From: Candidatus Poribacteria bacterium
GTDB taxonomy: Bacteria > Poribacteria > WGA-4E > WGA-3G
Length of the DNA: 64,000 nt
Assembly: GCA_963663765.2 (NCBI GenBank)
Contig: CAXXUA010000005.1
Location: 1,152,001-1,216,000 of the forward strand
Reading direction: 5' to 3'
This document shows, piece by piece, positions 40,024-49,520 of the stretch (its first letter is position 1; each line of letters starts with the position of its first letter). A model generated the notes under the pieces. It was not told the DNA's origin. It was given only the letters and a program-made list of their open reading frames with translations, and did no database searches. Made by a program: the position numbers and the translations under genes.

Positions 40024-40515
40024 TTAACGAAGACTTCTAAAATATGCTTTCAATAGTGCACTACTATCCTCAGCACACACACCACTAACCAATTCAACTT
40101 GATGATTCAAACGTTCATCTTGAACAATATTATAGAGTGAACCTGCTGCACCAGCTTTCGGATCAGTCGCTGCATAAACAACCTTTGGTATTCGAGCAAG
40201 CACTATCGTTCCCGCACACATAGCACAAGGTTCCAGCGTAACATATAAAGTTGTGTTTGTTAATCGCCAATTCCCTACAGTGTGCGCTGCTGCCTGTATC
40301 ACAAGCATTTCAGCATGTGCAATCGGATTACCTGAAAGTTCTCTACAATTGTGAGCACCAGCCAAACATTCGTCACCTTTAACAAGAACCGCACCAACAG
40401 GAACTTCTCCTTTATCACTTGCTTCTCTAGCAAAATTAAGCGCCTGCTCCATCCAGTACATATCATTATCAGAGAATTGACCGACAGGATAAACGTTTGA
40501 CACTGTTTTATTCAA
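40024..40515 (-). CDS. tadA: tRNA adenosine(34) deaminase
   Basis: EVPVGA, HAE, TLEPCAMC and DPKAG motifs; adjacent to tRNA-Arg(ACG). Confidence 0.96.
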   Translation of the reverse strand: MNKTVSNVYPVGQFSDNDMYWMEQALNFAREASDKGEVPVGAVLVKGDECLAGAHNCRELSGNPIAHAEMLVIQAAAHTVGNWRLTNTTLYVTLEPCAMCAGTIVLARIPKVVYAATDPKAGAAGSLYNIVQDERLNHQVELVSGVCAEDSSALLKAYFRSLR

Positions 40516-40544
40516 ATGAAACTCAGGTAATGAAAAACCAAAAA

Positions 40545-40618
40545 AGCGCCTGAGAGGATTCGAACCCCCGGCCTTCTGATCCGTAGTCAGATGCTCTAAT
40601 CCACTGAGCTACAGGCGC
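40545..40618 (-). tRNA. tRNA-Arg(ACG)
   Basis: GCGCCTG acceptor stem, anticodon ACG. Confidence 0.94.
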
Positions 40619-40794
40619 ATCATTTATAACTTATCTCATAATGGTAGGAAGGGATTCTAACCCTGATTTACCAGACACACGTTCCTGTGAAATTGAACAA
40701 AATCGCATTTGTGAGATATGCTGTACAGAATATTGTTATTGATAGTGAAATATACACTATCCAATCTTTTACACAATACAGAAAAATACAAAAA

Positions 40795-40879
40795 CGGAGA
40801 GGGTGGGATTCGAACCCACGATGACTTGCGCCATAACTGCTTAGCAGGCAGTCCAGTTCAACCACTCCTGCACCTCTCC
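40795..40879 (-). tRNA. tRNA-Ser(GCT)
   Basis: Anticodon GCT, long variable arm. Confidence 0.95.
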
Positions 40880-40886
40880 AAGATAA

Positions 40887-40974
40887 TGGCGGTGGGAGTA
40901 GGATTCGAACCCACGGTGACTTGCGCCACAACGGTTTTCAAGACCGCCGCTTTCGTCCACTCAGCCATCCCACC
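40887..40974 (-). tRNA. tRNA-Ser(TGA)
   Basis: Anticodon TGA, long variable arm, encoded CCA. Confidence 0.95.
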
Positions 40975-40997
40975 AATTTCATAAAGAACCGACTTTA

Positions 40998-41027
40998 ATT
41001 ATATCATATTATTCATCACATTGTCAA
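40998..41027 (-). promoter_or_regulatory. Sigma70 promoter of the tRNA-tadA operon
   Basis: TTGACA-N18-TATAAT with TG extension. Confidence 0.7.
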
Positions 41028-41176
41028 GAGAATTGTAGTGTGTGTAAAATTTTTGTCATAGTGTTATCTGAATTGTTGGATTTCTCAGCATCACCAAATC
41101 TGCGGTATGATGTATGAGAAAATGCGTAAGTCCTGTTTATCATGGGAGTTTATACAAATAATTCTACATTCTGCGT

Positions 41177-41240
41177 TGTAAGAGCGACCTTGTGGTCGTG
41201 ACCGATTAGTATTTATCACGACCACAAGGTCGCTCTTACA
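41177..41240. repeat. REP doublet (25-bp perfect inverted arms)
   Basis: TGTAAGAGCGACCTTGTGGTCGTGA ... TCACGACCACAAGGTCGCTCTTACA. Confidence 0.85.
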
Positions 41241-41500
41241 GAAGAAGTGTATAATCATTTCAATAATTCACCGTATATTTATTAGAAATGGAATAAGATA
41301 GGATGTACAGAGTTAAACTGTTACAATGCGACTATTTAATACTCAGACATATAATATACAATACCTTCGCCAATAATACAGGGTTATTTAGTTTTAAGAG
41401 TTTTCTGTTATTGAGATTTACTGAAAGTTAATACCCAGGTTCGGTTTCCTAACCGAACTTTCTGCATCAGTTTTAGATTATTGAAAAATGAACATCGCTC

Positions 41501-41960
41501 TTTAGTCCCGTAGGGACGATATGTTTATAGAAAACGAATACCATCCACAGTTCTTTAGTCCCGTAGGGACGATATGTTTATAGAAAACGAATACCATCCA
41601 CAGTTCTTTAGTCCCGTAGGGACGATATGTTTATAGAAAACGAATACCATCCACAGTTCTTTAGTGGTTGACTCGCTAAGTTTTTGTATTTTGAATTCAC
41701 TAAATCCACCCCCTTTATCCCCCGCAAGCGAGAGGAAGGGACTATTGGGTTTATTCCGTCCGTTCTCTACATGATAAATGTTTAGCGAGTGAACCATTTA
41801 GTCCCGTAGGGACGATATGTTTATAGAAAACGAATACCATCCACAGTTCTTTAGTCCCGTAGGGACGATATGTTTATTCTTCTATGTCGTTCCTACGGAA
41901 CTCAATTGGGGTGGAAAACATTTTCTATAAACATATCGTCCCTACGGGACTAAAGAACTG
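41501..41960. repeat. Tandem array of 53-bp units plus inverted copies
   Basis: TTTAGTCCCGTAGGGACGATATGTTTATAGAAAACGAATACCATCCACAGTTC at 41501, 41554, 41607, 41797, partial 41850; inverted copy about 41921-41960. Confidence 0.93.
41665..41796. mobile_element. 132-bp MITE inserted inside the 53-bp array
   Basis: TGGTTGACTCGCTAA / TTAGCGAGTGAACCA inverted ends; TTTAG duplicated; internal CCCCTT..AAGGGG hairpin. Confidence 0.75.
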
Positions 41961-42046
41961 GACAAGATGGTACCCCATAAAATTAACGACATAGCAAAAT
42001 AATATCAAAAATATTGAAAACTAAAAAACCCTGTCCAATAATAGAC

Positions 42047-42118
42047 ATTCTGCCAGATTGTGTGGGTAACTTTAGCACATTCTGACAGATTGTGCATATA
42101 AATTATTCTGACAGATTG
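42047..42118 (+). repeat. Three direct repeats ATTCTG(A/C)CAGATTG
   Basis: Copies at 42047, 42079 and 42105. Confidence 0.7.
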
Positions 42119-42244
42119 CTGATATAGTCATTTCTATTGTCAATTTAGACGCTATGATAAATAAAAATACTTCAACGAAAACCTGAAGTTATTTTTATTT
42201 ATGTAATCCTAACAATATCACAGAGCAATGGTAGATCAACACTA

Positions 42245-43121
42245 GAGCGTATCTCATAAATATTAAATGGTTTGATTTTTTCTTTTAATTTCTCATCATC
42301 TCTGCTAAACTTTATCTATTTCTACTATAAGTAAGGGGATGATTTGAATGGAACTTAGTGATAAGGAATGGGAAATTATTGAACCCCTAATGCCAGAACC
42401 ACCATCGGATAAACCGGGGAGACCTTGGCGTGGTAACAGAGAAGTGTTAGATGGGATACTGTGGGTGTTGCGAACAGGAGCTCCCTGGCGGGATTTACCA
42501 GAAAAGTATCCACCCTATCAAACCTGTCATCGTCGTTTTCAGCAATGGTCATCGGATGGAACGCTTGAAAAAGTTCAAATGGTACTCACAGAAATGCTTG
42601 AAAAACGAAAAAAAATAAATATGAGTGAGTGTTGTATTGATGCGAAATTCGTTCCTGCCAAGAAAGGAGGCATTTGTGTTGGTCCAACGAAGTGCGGCAA
42701 AGGGACAAAACTGGTAGCGATTACAGAAAAGTCTGGTAGACCTGTGAGTGTTCTGATTACAAAGGCTTCTTGTCATGAAGTGCGCTTGGTTGAACCGGCA
42801 TTGGATGCGTGTTGGACATCCGAAAACCCCGCAGTGTTGATTGGGGACAAAGCTTATGACTCTGATCCTTTAGATGCTTCTTTGAGGGAACGTGGTATTG
42901 AAATGGTAGCACCTCATAAAAAGAATCGTAAAAAACAGGCTACACAGGATGGTCGGCGTTTACGACGGTATAAGCGTCGTTTCAAAGTAGAAAGATTTTT
43001 CAGTTGGTTAGAGGATTATCGGCGTTTAGTTGTTCGTTGGGAATACTACGCTGAAAATTATTTAGGTTTTGTACTTCTTGCTTGCATACGTATGTCACTA
43101 AAATATTTATGAGATACGCTC
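42245..43121 (+). mobile_element. IS5 family insertion sequence (IS427-like), apparently intact
   Basis: Perfect TIR GAGCGTATCTCATAAATA; TA flanks; transposase inside. Confidence 0.93.
42348..43112 (+). CDS. IS5 family DDE transposase
   Basis: LSDKEW...GRP...LRTGAPWRDLP, IDAK, GDKAYDS and VERFFSWL motifs. Confidence 0.95.
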   Translation: MELSDKEWEIIEPLMPEPPSDKPGRPWRGNREVLDGILWVLRTGAPWRDLPEKYPPYQTCHRRFQQWSSDGTLEKVQMVLTEMLEKRKKINMSECCIDAKFVPAKKGGICVGPTKCGKGTKLVAITEKSGRPVSVLITKASCHEVRLVEPALDACWTSENPAVLIGDKAYDSDPLDASLRERGIEMVAPHKKNRKKQATQDGRRLRRYKRRFKVERFFSWLEDYRRLVVRWEYYAENYLGFVLLACIRMSLKYL

Positions 43122-43642
43122 TATATACTCATTCAATTGAAACACTCAAAAATGGCGAAGGTATTGATAATATATAATAATTATTTAATATATGTATATA
43201 CTATTATTATATATTATGTCATGTTATTATCATTCTGCAGAATATTCTTACATAAAAACATACAATATTATGAGTAAGTTGTTGAAAAAACAATTGCCTT
43301 AAAATATGATAGTCATCAATGATATAATAACTTAAAAGCATACACAACAATTGTCTGTTCTCTTTTTCAATTTTACATTTTTTGAGATTCTAATGGTAAA
43401 ACCTGTTAGTTTATGTTATAGTATTATCATTTATGGACATAATACACTTTTTATATGATTATAATTATATTTATCGTCTCATAAAGAATACTAATGTATA
43501 GAATTTATATTATCAGGACTTACGCAAAAAACCGGAAGGCGTACTTTGTAAGCACTCCAACCGTGTAAGAACTATGTTATTACCGAATTAATAAAATAAA
43601 CTTCATCAAAAGTATGCAAGAATTAGTCTATTTGTTAAACCT

Positions 43643-46600
43643 ATGAATACATTATCTGACATTATTGAAAGATGTCATAAACGACATTTAAAACCTTTGC
43701 GGCAACGTAGAACGGTAATGCATAACAAAAAAGGTACACGTCAGTATACAGTGTATTGTGCGCATAAGAGTCCGATACCACTCTCTGATCTTGAACAAGC
43801 AAATATATCCTTCATGCCTATTGGACGCGCCCCACATCACGATCATGGACCTTGGGATTTTAATGGTAGTCGCTTTTTGAAACGTCAGCAGAATAATGAT
43901 TGGACCACAGATCAATGGAAAACATCTTGGGGCATTCAAGTCTATACAGGTTATCCATCTGAATATAACAACGCAAATTGGCATGATCTATTATTCTGTT
44001 TTGATGCTATTTGTAAGAAGCCTGATGCTGTGGAAGCATGCATTACCGGTTTAATTAACGCAACAACAAACCCACTCTTGACTATTACTGCGTCTGGAGG
44101 TTTGCGTTTTTCTTGTAGAATTACTGATTATCTACATCCAAATTATGAAGAGGAACGATTTTATATCTATAAACATACTCCTACATCTGATGATCCTTAC
44201 AGATGCGAAGTATACTTGGAGATTCTTGGTGAAAAGGGTTATAGCTGCTGGGATGCACGCTATGAAATTATCCTTGGAAACATTTTGAATCCACCAGTGA
44301 TGAACTTAGATGTATTGCATGCTCATATTGATACTCTTCGTAATGAACTACATCGTCCAATACCCCCTCAGAAAGTCACTATTAAACCTATTTTACTCTC
44401 AGTGAATGATTTACCTGATTCATTAGGATCACAAAAGTTAGATCTTGCAAAAGAAGCATTATTAAAACGTGGATTTATCTATTCTAAGCATGAAAAAAGT
44501 GTTTTCTCATGGTACCGTAAAATAGATGGTATGGATACAGTTCTGGTTTCCCTTTGGGAAGAAGATGGTGCTGTTTGGATACGCGCTTCAAAACCTAAAG
44601 TCGGATTACCAACAGAAGCAACGCATATTACTGATGTTTGGGTTGACACTGGAATTAAACCAAAAGTATCTGATAAATTAAGAGCAGTACGTGATGGAAA
44701 ATTAAGTCCATTAGCATTAAAAAGACCAAAAACTATATTACATCTGTCAAAAAAGAACAAAAGAGTTTATGAAACGCAGCAAGAGCAACTCAAAAGAATT
44801 CAAAATGTTTTTCAGAAAAATGCCCCCATTCAAGGTCTTATCGCAAATAGAGCCATACGTAAAAGGTACTTAGTTGAACACTTTGCTACAAATAATGATG
44901 TAATCTGCTTAGTTTACCCAAATTTAACTAAAGCAGATGCAGCATCAAAATACCTTCAAGAAAACTGTACGCAGTCTATTGGTTTCTGGAAACCTCGGAG
45001 ATATCAATGGGAACAAGTGAAAGATATTCCAGTTAAGGTGCGAATGGCAAAACCGTTTCAGCATGGAAATGTATGTGAAGATTCAGACCGCTGCTTAGCT
45101 CTTGAGAGAAAAGGTGGCGATCCAATCAAAAGTATATGTCCACAGTGTCAAGTCTATGCAAAATGCAAGGAAAAAGGATATTTAGCACAGACTAAAACTA
45201 TAAAAAGTAAAGATATACAAATTTTGCCCTTGGATCAAGTCTGTTTAGATCCTTACTATAAAGAATCTATGGACAAAATATTTACCGAATCAGAACAAAT
45301 TGAAAAAAATGAAGGCAAAAAAGGATTACAAAAACTATTTGTTATTGAAGATGTAGACATAGAAAGTTTATTTCCAAAATACAATTTTGATATAAAAGTC
45401 TTGGTTGAGTGGAGTTTGAATTGGGATGGACATATTTTAGGTAACTTTGCGAAAGCCTTGTTGAACGTACTAAAATTACCGAATGAAACAGATGGGGATT
45501 CTATAAAACGAGTACGCGCAACGCTCAAAGTGTTTAACACACATGAACAAGAACTAATCTATCAAATGTGTCACATTAATCTAAATGTTAATGTCATTCC
45601 AAAAGGGGTTGTTGATGCTGAAAGCGGAAAAGAATTAGCACATTACACCGTTTTATTTGAAAGTGGAACATCAGCATATATTCCACTGAACAAAGATGCC
45701 GCAGCATTACTTGAGAAAAGAAACATTCCTTATCTTGAATTGTATAATTCTGCAATAAGCCAAAACATGAAAATCCCTCTAACAATGGAAAAAGCAATCA
45801 GGTTAGGTGCTCTAAGTGTAGATACATTAGAAAGTATTGATACTTTTCCAACGGTATGTGAGAATCCAAAATGGACAATTTGGCATCAGCTTAAGTGTTT
45901 TTTTAATTACTATCGCCGTGATGATGACATACCAATAGAGTGGGATGAGGAACATATTAGTTTCAGATTACCACCCATGCTTCATTCAAGTATAAAACGA
46001 CTTTTACTCTCATCCATTAAAATTCGAAAAAAGTATATTCAAGCTGCGTTTCCAAATGATACAATTATTACTACTCACATAAAACCGACAGAATGGTGTT
46101 CCGGACATCGAGTTTTCCAACTACGGTCAGGTTATATTACTTTTCAAAACTTAGTTGAATACGATACAAATATAGACAAGATAAGACCAACAAGCACTGG
46201 TAGACAGTTTATTTACAGTATTCGATCTGAAATAGACAGAGATACTAACAAAAAACACGCAATTTTTACGTTCAAAAGACTTACGGATTGGATGTCTGAT
46301 ATTTCAGAACAGGAAAACGTATGTCTTGTGAATTCCTTTGCAGAAACAGTAACATCTATAGATGAACAGATTGAAGAAGCAGATATAATTTGGATTATTG
46401 GTATTCCAATCTTTGGACATAGTAACATTTGGCAAAAAGCAAAATTGTTGTACGGTAAGGACACTGAACCCCTTTCGTATGGAATTGATTTAGATGATGT
46501 TTCTTATAAAGACAAACGCGTTCAATATCTATTTGAACAATCTGTAATTAGTTTCTTCACACATGTTCTTGATCATGCGAAATTAACCCAACTTACAAAC

Positions 46601-47041
46601 AAAACAATAGTAATTGGAACAAGTTTTTACATACCAGATGTCACTGATCGACCTGAAACACAATTATTTGATTGGGAAGATTTGGAAGTTGCTGGTGGTT
46701 TGCATAAACTCACTGAATCAATCCAAACACGACAACGTTATGAAGAAGAAAGTAATAACATATCCACCGAAACCAGTCGGATTGAAATAGAACGTATCTT
46801 TGGATGTTCCCCAAGACAAGCGAACCGTATATTGAACAAACTACGTGGTGGAATTATCCCACGTGTTACATTCAGAGAGCAGATATTATCCCTGCTTGCA
46901 GATGGTGAAAAAAGAACTGCAGAAATTGTTGACTCAATTGATGGACATCCTAAAGCAATTAATTCCGAACTTACACGATTAGTCAAATCCGGTGTTATAC
47001 TCAAAGTACGACATGGTGTGTATAGAAAATCTGTAACTTAA
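43643..47041 (+). CDS. 1132-aa protein: degenerate PrimPol-like N-terminus, Cys cluster, helicase-like core, C-terminal HTH and winged HTH
   Basis: WGIQVYTG/WHDLLF/TASGGLRF/LEILGEKGY spacing; C..C..CPQC..C cluster; FVIED; wHTH ELTRLVKSGVILKVRHGVY. Confidence 0.6.
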   Translation: MNTLSDIIERCHKRHLKPLRQRRTVMHNKKGTRQYTVYCAHKSPIPLSDLEQANISFMPIGRAPHHDHGPWDFNGSRFLKRQQNNDWTTDQWKTSWGIQVYTGYPSEYNNANWHDLLFCFDAICKKPDAVEACITGLINATTNPLLTITASGGLRFSCRITDYLHPNYEEERFYIYKHTPTSDDPYRCEVYLEILGEKGYSCWDARYEIILGNILNPPVMNLDVLHAHIDTLRNELHRPIPPQKVTIKPILLSVNDLPDSLGSQKLDLAKEALLKRGFIYSKHEKSVFSWYRKIDGMDTVLVSLWEEDGAVWIRASKPKVGLPTEATHITDVWVDTGIKPKVSDKLRAVRDGKLSPLALKRPKTILHLSKKNKRVYETQQEQLKRIQNVFQKNAPIQGLIANRAIRKRYLVEHFATNNDVICLVYPNLTKADAASKYLQENCTQSIGFWKPRRYQWEQVKDIPVKVRMAKPFQHGNVCEDSDRCLALERKGGDPIKSICPQCQVYAKCKEKGYLAQTKTIKSKDIQILPLDQVCLDPYYKESMDKIFTESEQIEKNEGKKGLQKLFVIEDVDIESLFPKYNFDIKVLVEWSLNWDGHILGNFAKALLNVLKLPNETDGDSIKRVRATLKVFNTHEQELIYQMCHINLNVNVIPKGVVDAESGKELAHYTVLFESGTSAYIPLNKDAAALLEKRNIPYLELYNSAISQNMKIPLTMEKAIRLGALSVDTLESIDTFPTVCENPKWTIWHQLKCFFNYYRRDDDIPIEWDEEHISFRLPPMLHSSIKRLLLSSIKIRKKYIQAAFPNDTIITTHIKPTEWCSGHRVFQLRSGYITFQNLVEYDTNIDKIRPTSTGRQFIYSIRSEIDRDTNKKHAIFTFKRLTDWMSDISEQENVCLVNSFAETVTSIDEQIEEADIIWIIGIPIFGHSNIWQKAKLLYGKDTEPLSYGIDLDDVSYKDKRVQYLFEQSVISFFTHVLDHAKLTQLTNKTIVIGTSFYIPDVTDRPETQLFDWEDLEVAGGLHKLTESIQTRQRYEEESNNISTETSRIEIERIFGCSPRQANRILNKLRGGIIPRVTFREQILSLLADGEKRTAEIVDSIDGHPKAINSELTRLVKSGVILKVRHGVYRKSVT

Positions 47042-47059
47042 CACCTTCAAGATGTACTT

Positions 47060-47375
47060 GTGATACTCACGACGCCTAAAGTCGTGTGCTTCTTTGAAAC
47101 ACATAACTCTCCTCTGTGTGATTCCTGCTTCCGTCTCTCGTGCCTCTATCCTGAACTGCGTGAGGTCTTATTCGGACTCCACAAGCGTTTATGCTCTCTG
47201 TCTATCATACAGCGAGGGTTCTTAGGTTGATTGCAGCATTTATGTCTCTATCTATTTGATAGTCGCATTGACTGCAATGATAAGTTCTCTCTGATAGCGT
47301 CAAATCATCTTTCTTGTGTCTACAACGACTACAAGTTTTGCTTGAAGCATAGAATTTCGGTGCTTGTAATACCAT
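47060..47375 (-). pseudogene. tnpB: IS200/IS605 tnpB 3' remnant with right end and omega-RNA region
   Basis: SSKTCSRC...L.LSER.Y.C..C....DRDINAAINL zinc finger/RuvC-III; then CACGACTTTAGGCGTCGTG hairpin ending in TCAC at 47060. Confidence 0.85.
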
Positions 47376-47411
47376 TCTCATGTGATAATGTCTCATTAGC
47401 AGCGGAAATCT

Positions 47412-47455
47412 GGTAGGAGCGACCTCCCGGTCGCGACCGGGAGGTCGCTCCTACC
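47412..47455. repeat. Perfect 44-bp GTAG-REP palindrome
   Basis: GGTAGGAGCGACCTCCCGGTCG|CGACCGGGAGGTCGCTCCTACC; flanked by TGTCTCATTA/TAATGAGACA inverted repeat. Confidence 0.9.
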
Positions 47456-47765
47456 GAAGAGAGTAACCCCCTGCCAGTAAACAGTAGAATTCCTTAATGA
47501 GACAAGATTTATTTGAATTGGTATAATATCATCGGGAAAGAGATGGAACACGAAACTCTGAACCGAAGTGAACAATGGGAAGCAGGTGAACTTCATACGG
47601 ACACATTTGAATATATCTGAATAACTTCTGTTGGGAAATAGTCCCTTGTTTATCTTTTATAGAATTCATCTAAATAAATATCTGGCGAGATTTTTAATTC
47701 CAAAACGGTTAATTCCCAATAACTTTACACACCCTCCGATTCAGAACGTAAATCTAACCTATGAT

Positions 47766-48728
47766 TTAATGCTTCTCTTCCTGCTGAATAGCACGAATCA
47801 ATGCTTCACTCATACGGTCGCGGAGTACCTGTTGTCTTTCGTCTGACCATTCATAGAAACCTGTCCCGGATTTCACACCGAGTTGCCCCGTATCTACCAT
47901 TTCTTGCAGAAGTGGATTAATTTTGGACGAACTGTTCAAGTCTTTGTAGAGTTCCTCAAAAGCAGCAAGAACTAAATCCCAACCTGCAAGCTCAAATACT
48001 TCAAATGGACCTGCAACACTAAGTCGTCTACCGAAACTGTTTCGCACAACGAGGTCAACTGTCTCAGCACTCGCGATGCCCTGTTCCACGATAGAAAATG
48101 CTTCGCGGATAAGGGCTGCTTGTAGTCTCGGTCCCACAAAACCGAGTGCCTCTTTTTCAATAATCGCTGGCGTTTTACCAATAGATGTCAAAAGATCGAA
48201 CGTCACAGACACAGTTTCATCAGATGTAGCAGGACTGCGAATTAGTTCTACGAGAGGAATCAGATATGGCGGGTTAAAATAGTGCGTGTTAAGTATTTTA
48301 TCCGTACGTTTCACGTTAGCACCGATCTGACTTGGCATCAATGCGGTTGTATTGCTGGCTAAGATTGTATGAGGTAGGCACAAGGTGTCTAATTTCGCAA
48401 AAATCTGTTGTTTTAGCTGCAAATTCTCGGATACTGCTTCAACGACATAATCTGCCGTTTCTGCTGCTGCACTGAGATCGGTAGTGGTTTGAATACCTTG
48501 TAGTATATCAGGGATGCTCCCCTTTTCAATGAGTTCGTTTTCAGCAAGCAGTGTTAGGTTTTTGCTAATCTGTGCGCGTGCATTATTGAGTTGTTCTTCG
48601 GTTATATCGTGAAGACAGACATTATAACCTGCACATGCAAATTCTTGTGCAATGCCGTGTCCCATGAGTCCTGCACCGATGACAGCAATGTTTGCGATCT
48701 TGTTGGTTGTGTTCTCTGACAATTTCAT
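47766..48728 (-). CDS. 3-hydroxyacyl-CoA dehydrogenase family protein
   Basis: GAGLMGHGIA, EAVSE, SNT, HYFNPP and GVKSGTGFY motifs. Confidence 0.93.
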   Translation of the reverse strand: MKLSENTTNKIANIAVIGAGLMGHGIAQEFACAGYNVCLHDITEEQLNNARAQISKNLTLLAENELIEKGSIPDILQGIQTTTDLSAAAETADYVVEAVSENLQLKQQIFAKLDTLCLPHTILASNTTALMPSQIGANVKRTDKILNTHYFNPPYLIPLVELIRSPATSDETVSVTFDLLTSIGKTPAIIEKEALGFVGPRLQAALIREAFSIVEQGIASAETVDLVVRNSFGRRLSVAGPFEVFELAGWDLVLAAFEELYKDLNSSSKINPLLQEMVDTGQLGVKSGTGFYEWSDERQQVLRDRMSEALIRAIQQEEKH

Positions 48729-49417
48729 GCTCCAATCACGATTGTAAATTCCCCGCGGGGTTCAGTCCTTTGAAATTTCTCAAGTGCTTCGCTGATGTTG
48801 CCACGGAATATCTCTTCAAAGTGTTTGGTAAGTTCACGTGCAATGACTATATCGCGTTCTCCCATAACCTCAAGCGCATCTTCAAGGAAACGGCAGAGTC
48901 GGTGTGGAGATTCAAAGAGTATCAACGTACGTTCTTCATTTGCCAGTTGTGCTAATTGCCGTTTCCGCTTACCCGACTTTGGCGAAAGGAATCCTTCAAA
49001 TGTGAAGTTATGTAGGGGCAAACCTGAGATAGAAGCTGCAGTGAGGACTGCTGAAGCCCCCGGTATTGGTACGATGGTTATGTCTTGAGCAATGCATTCC
49101 CGTAGCAGCGGATATCCCGGATCGGAGATTATGGGAGTGCCAGCATCCGAAACAAGTGCAATGGACTCACCATCCTTCAGTCTTGAAACGATCTTTTCGG
49201 TCTTCGTCTGTTGGTTTCCTTCAAAATAACTTGTGAGTGGCGTTTTGATTTCGTAATGTGTGAGGAGTCTGCGTGTCTTACGGGTGTCTTCAGCGGCGAT
49301 CAGGTCTACCTCTTTTAGGATACGTAAGGCACGGAGTGTGATGTCTTCTAAATTCCCTATCGGTGTGCTGACAAGGTATAGGGTGCCGGGTTCGGTGTTT
49401 TGCATTGATTTTGTCAA
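48725..49417 (-). CDS. rsmI: 16S rRNA C1402 2'-O-methyltransferase
   Basis: TPIGNLEDIT, AEDTR, SDAGTP.ISDPG, FESPHR and RELTK motifs. Confidence 0.97.
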   Translation of the reverse strand: MTKSMQNTEPGTLYLVSTPIGNLEDITLRALRILKEVDLIAAEDTRKTRRLLTHYEIKTPLTSYFEGNQQTKTEKIVSRLKDGESIALVSDAGTPIISDPGYPLLRECIAQDITIVPIPGASAVLTAASISGLPLHNFTFEGFLSPKSGKRKRQLAQLANEERTLILFESPHRLCRFLEDALEVMGERDIVIARELTKHFEEIFRGNISEALEKFQRTEPRGEFTIVIGA

Positions 49418-49520
49418 CTAACAGTGTTAACCTGTAACAATTAGTACTGAAACAACGTCTACAACGTAACTATTTAACATACCAAAAGTATTCTTAACTA
49501 TCTTGGTAACGCAGTTCACC

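Larger units (their letters stand above)
41379..42033. mobile_element. MITE family B (CAGGGTT TIRs, ISAs1-like ends) carrying a 53-bp array
   Basis: CAGGGTTATTTAGTTTT / AAAACTAAAAAACCCTG; flanking CCAATAATA repeat; arms shared with 51475-51807. Confidence 0.85.

Noticed and set aside
40641-40680. tRNA 3' fragment / att site (GGGTTAGAATCCC..CCA on the minus strand)
   Set aside because: It matches the REP at about 32010-32047 including its flank, not any tRNA here; no integrase nearby.
40668-40984. ORFs of 87-88 aa
   Set aside because: They overlap tRNA-Ser genes.
41555-41797. 80-aa ORF with YKHIVPTGL
   Set aside because: It is a translation of the tandem repeat and the nested MITE.
47041-47059. 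TnpB guide targeting the 52-bp array linker (shared AGTACATC)
   Set aside because: Only 8 nt match, which is expected by chance in 64 kb.
41030-47500. tRNA-integrated prophage or ICE
   Set aside because: The region lies 5' of the tRNA genes, with no integrase, att duplication or structural genes.
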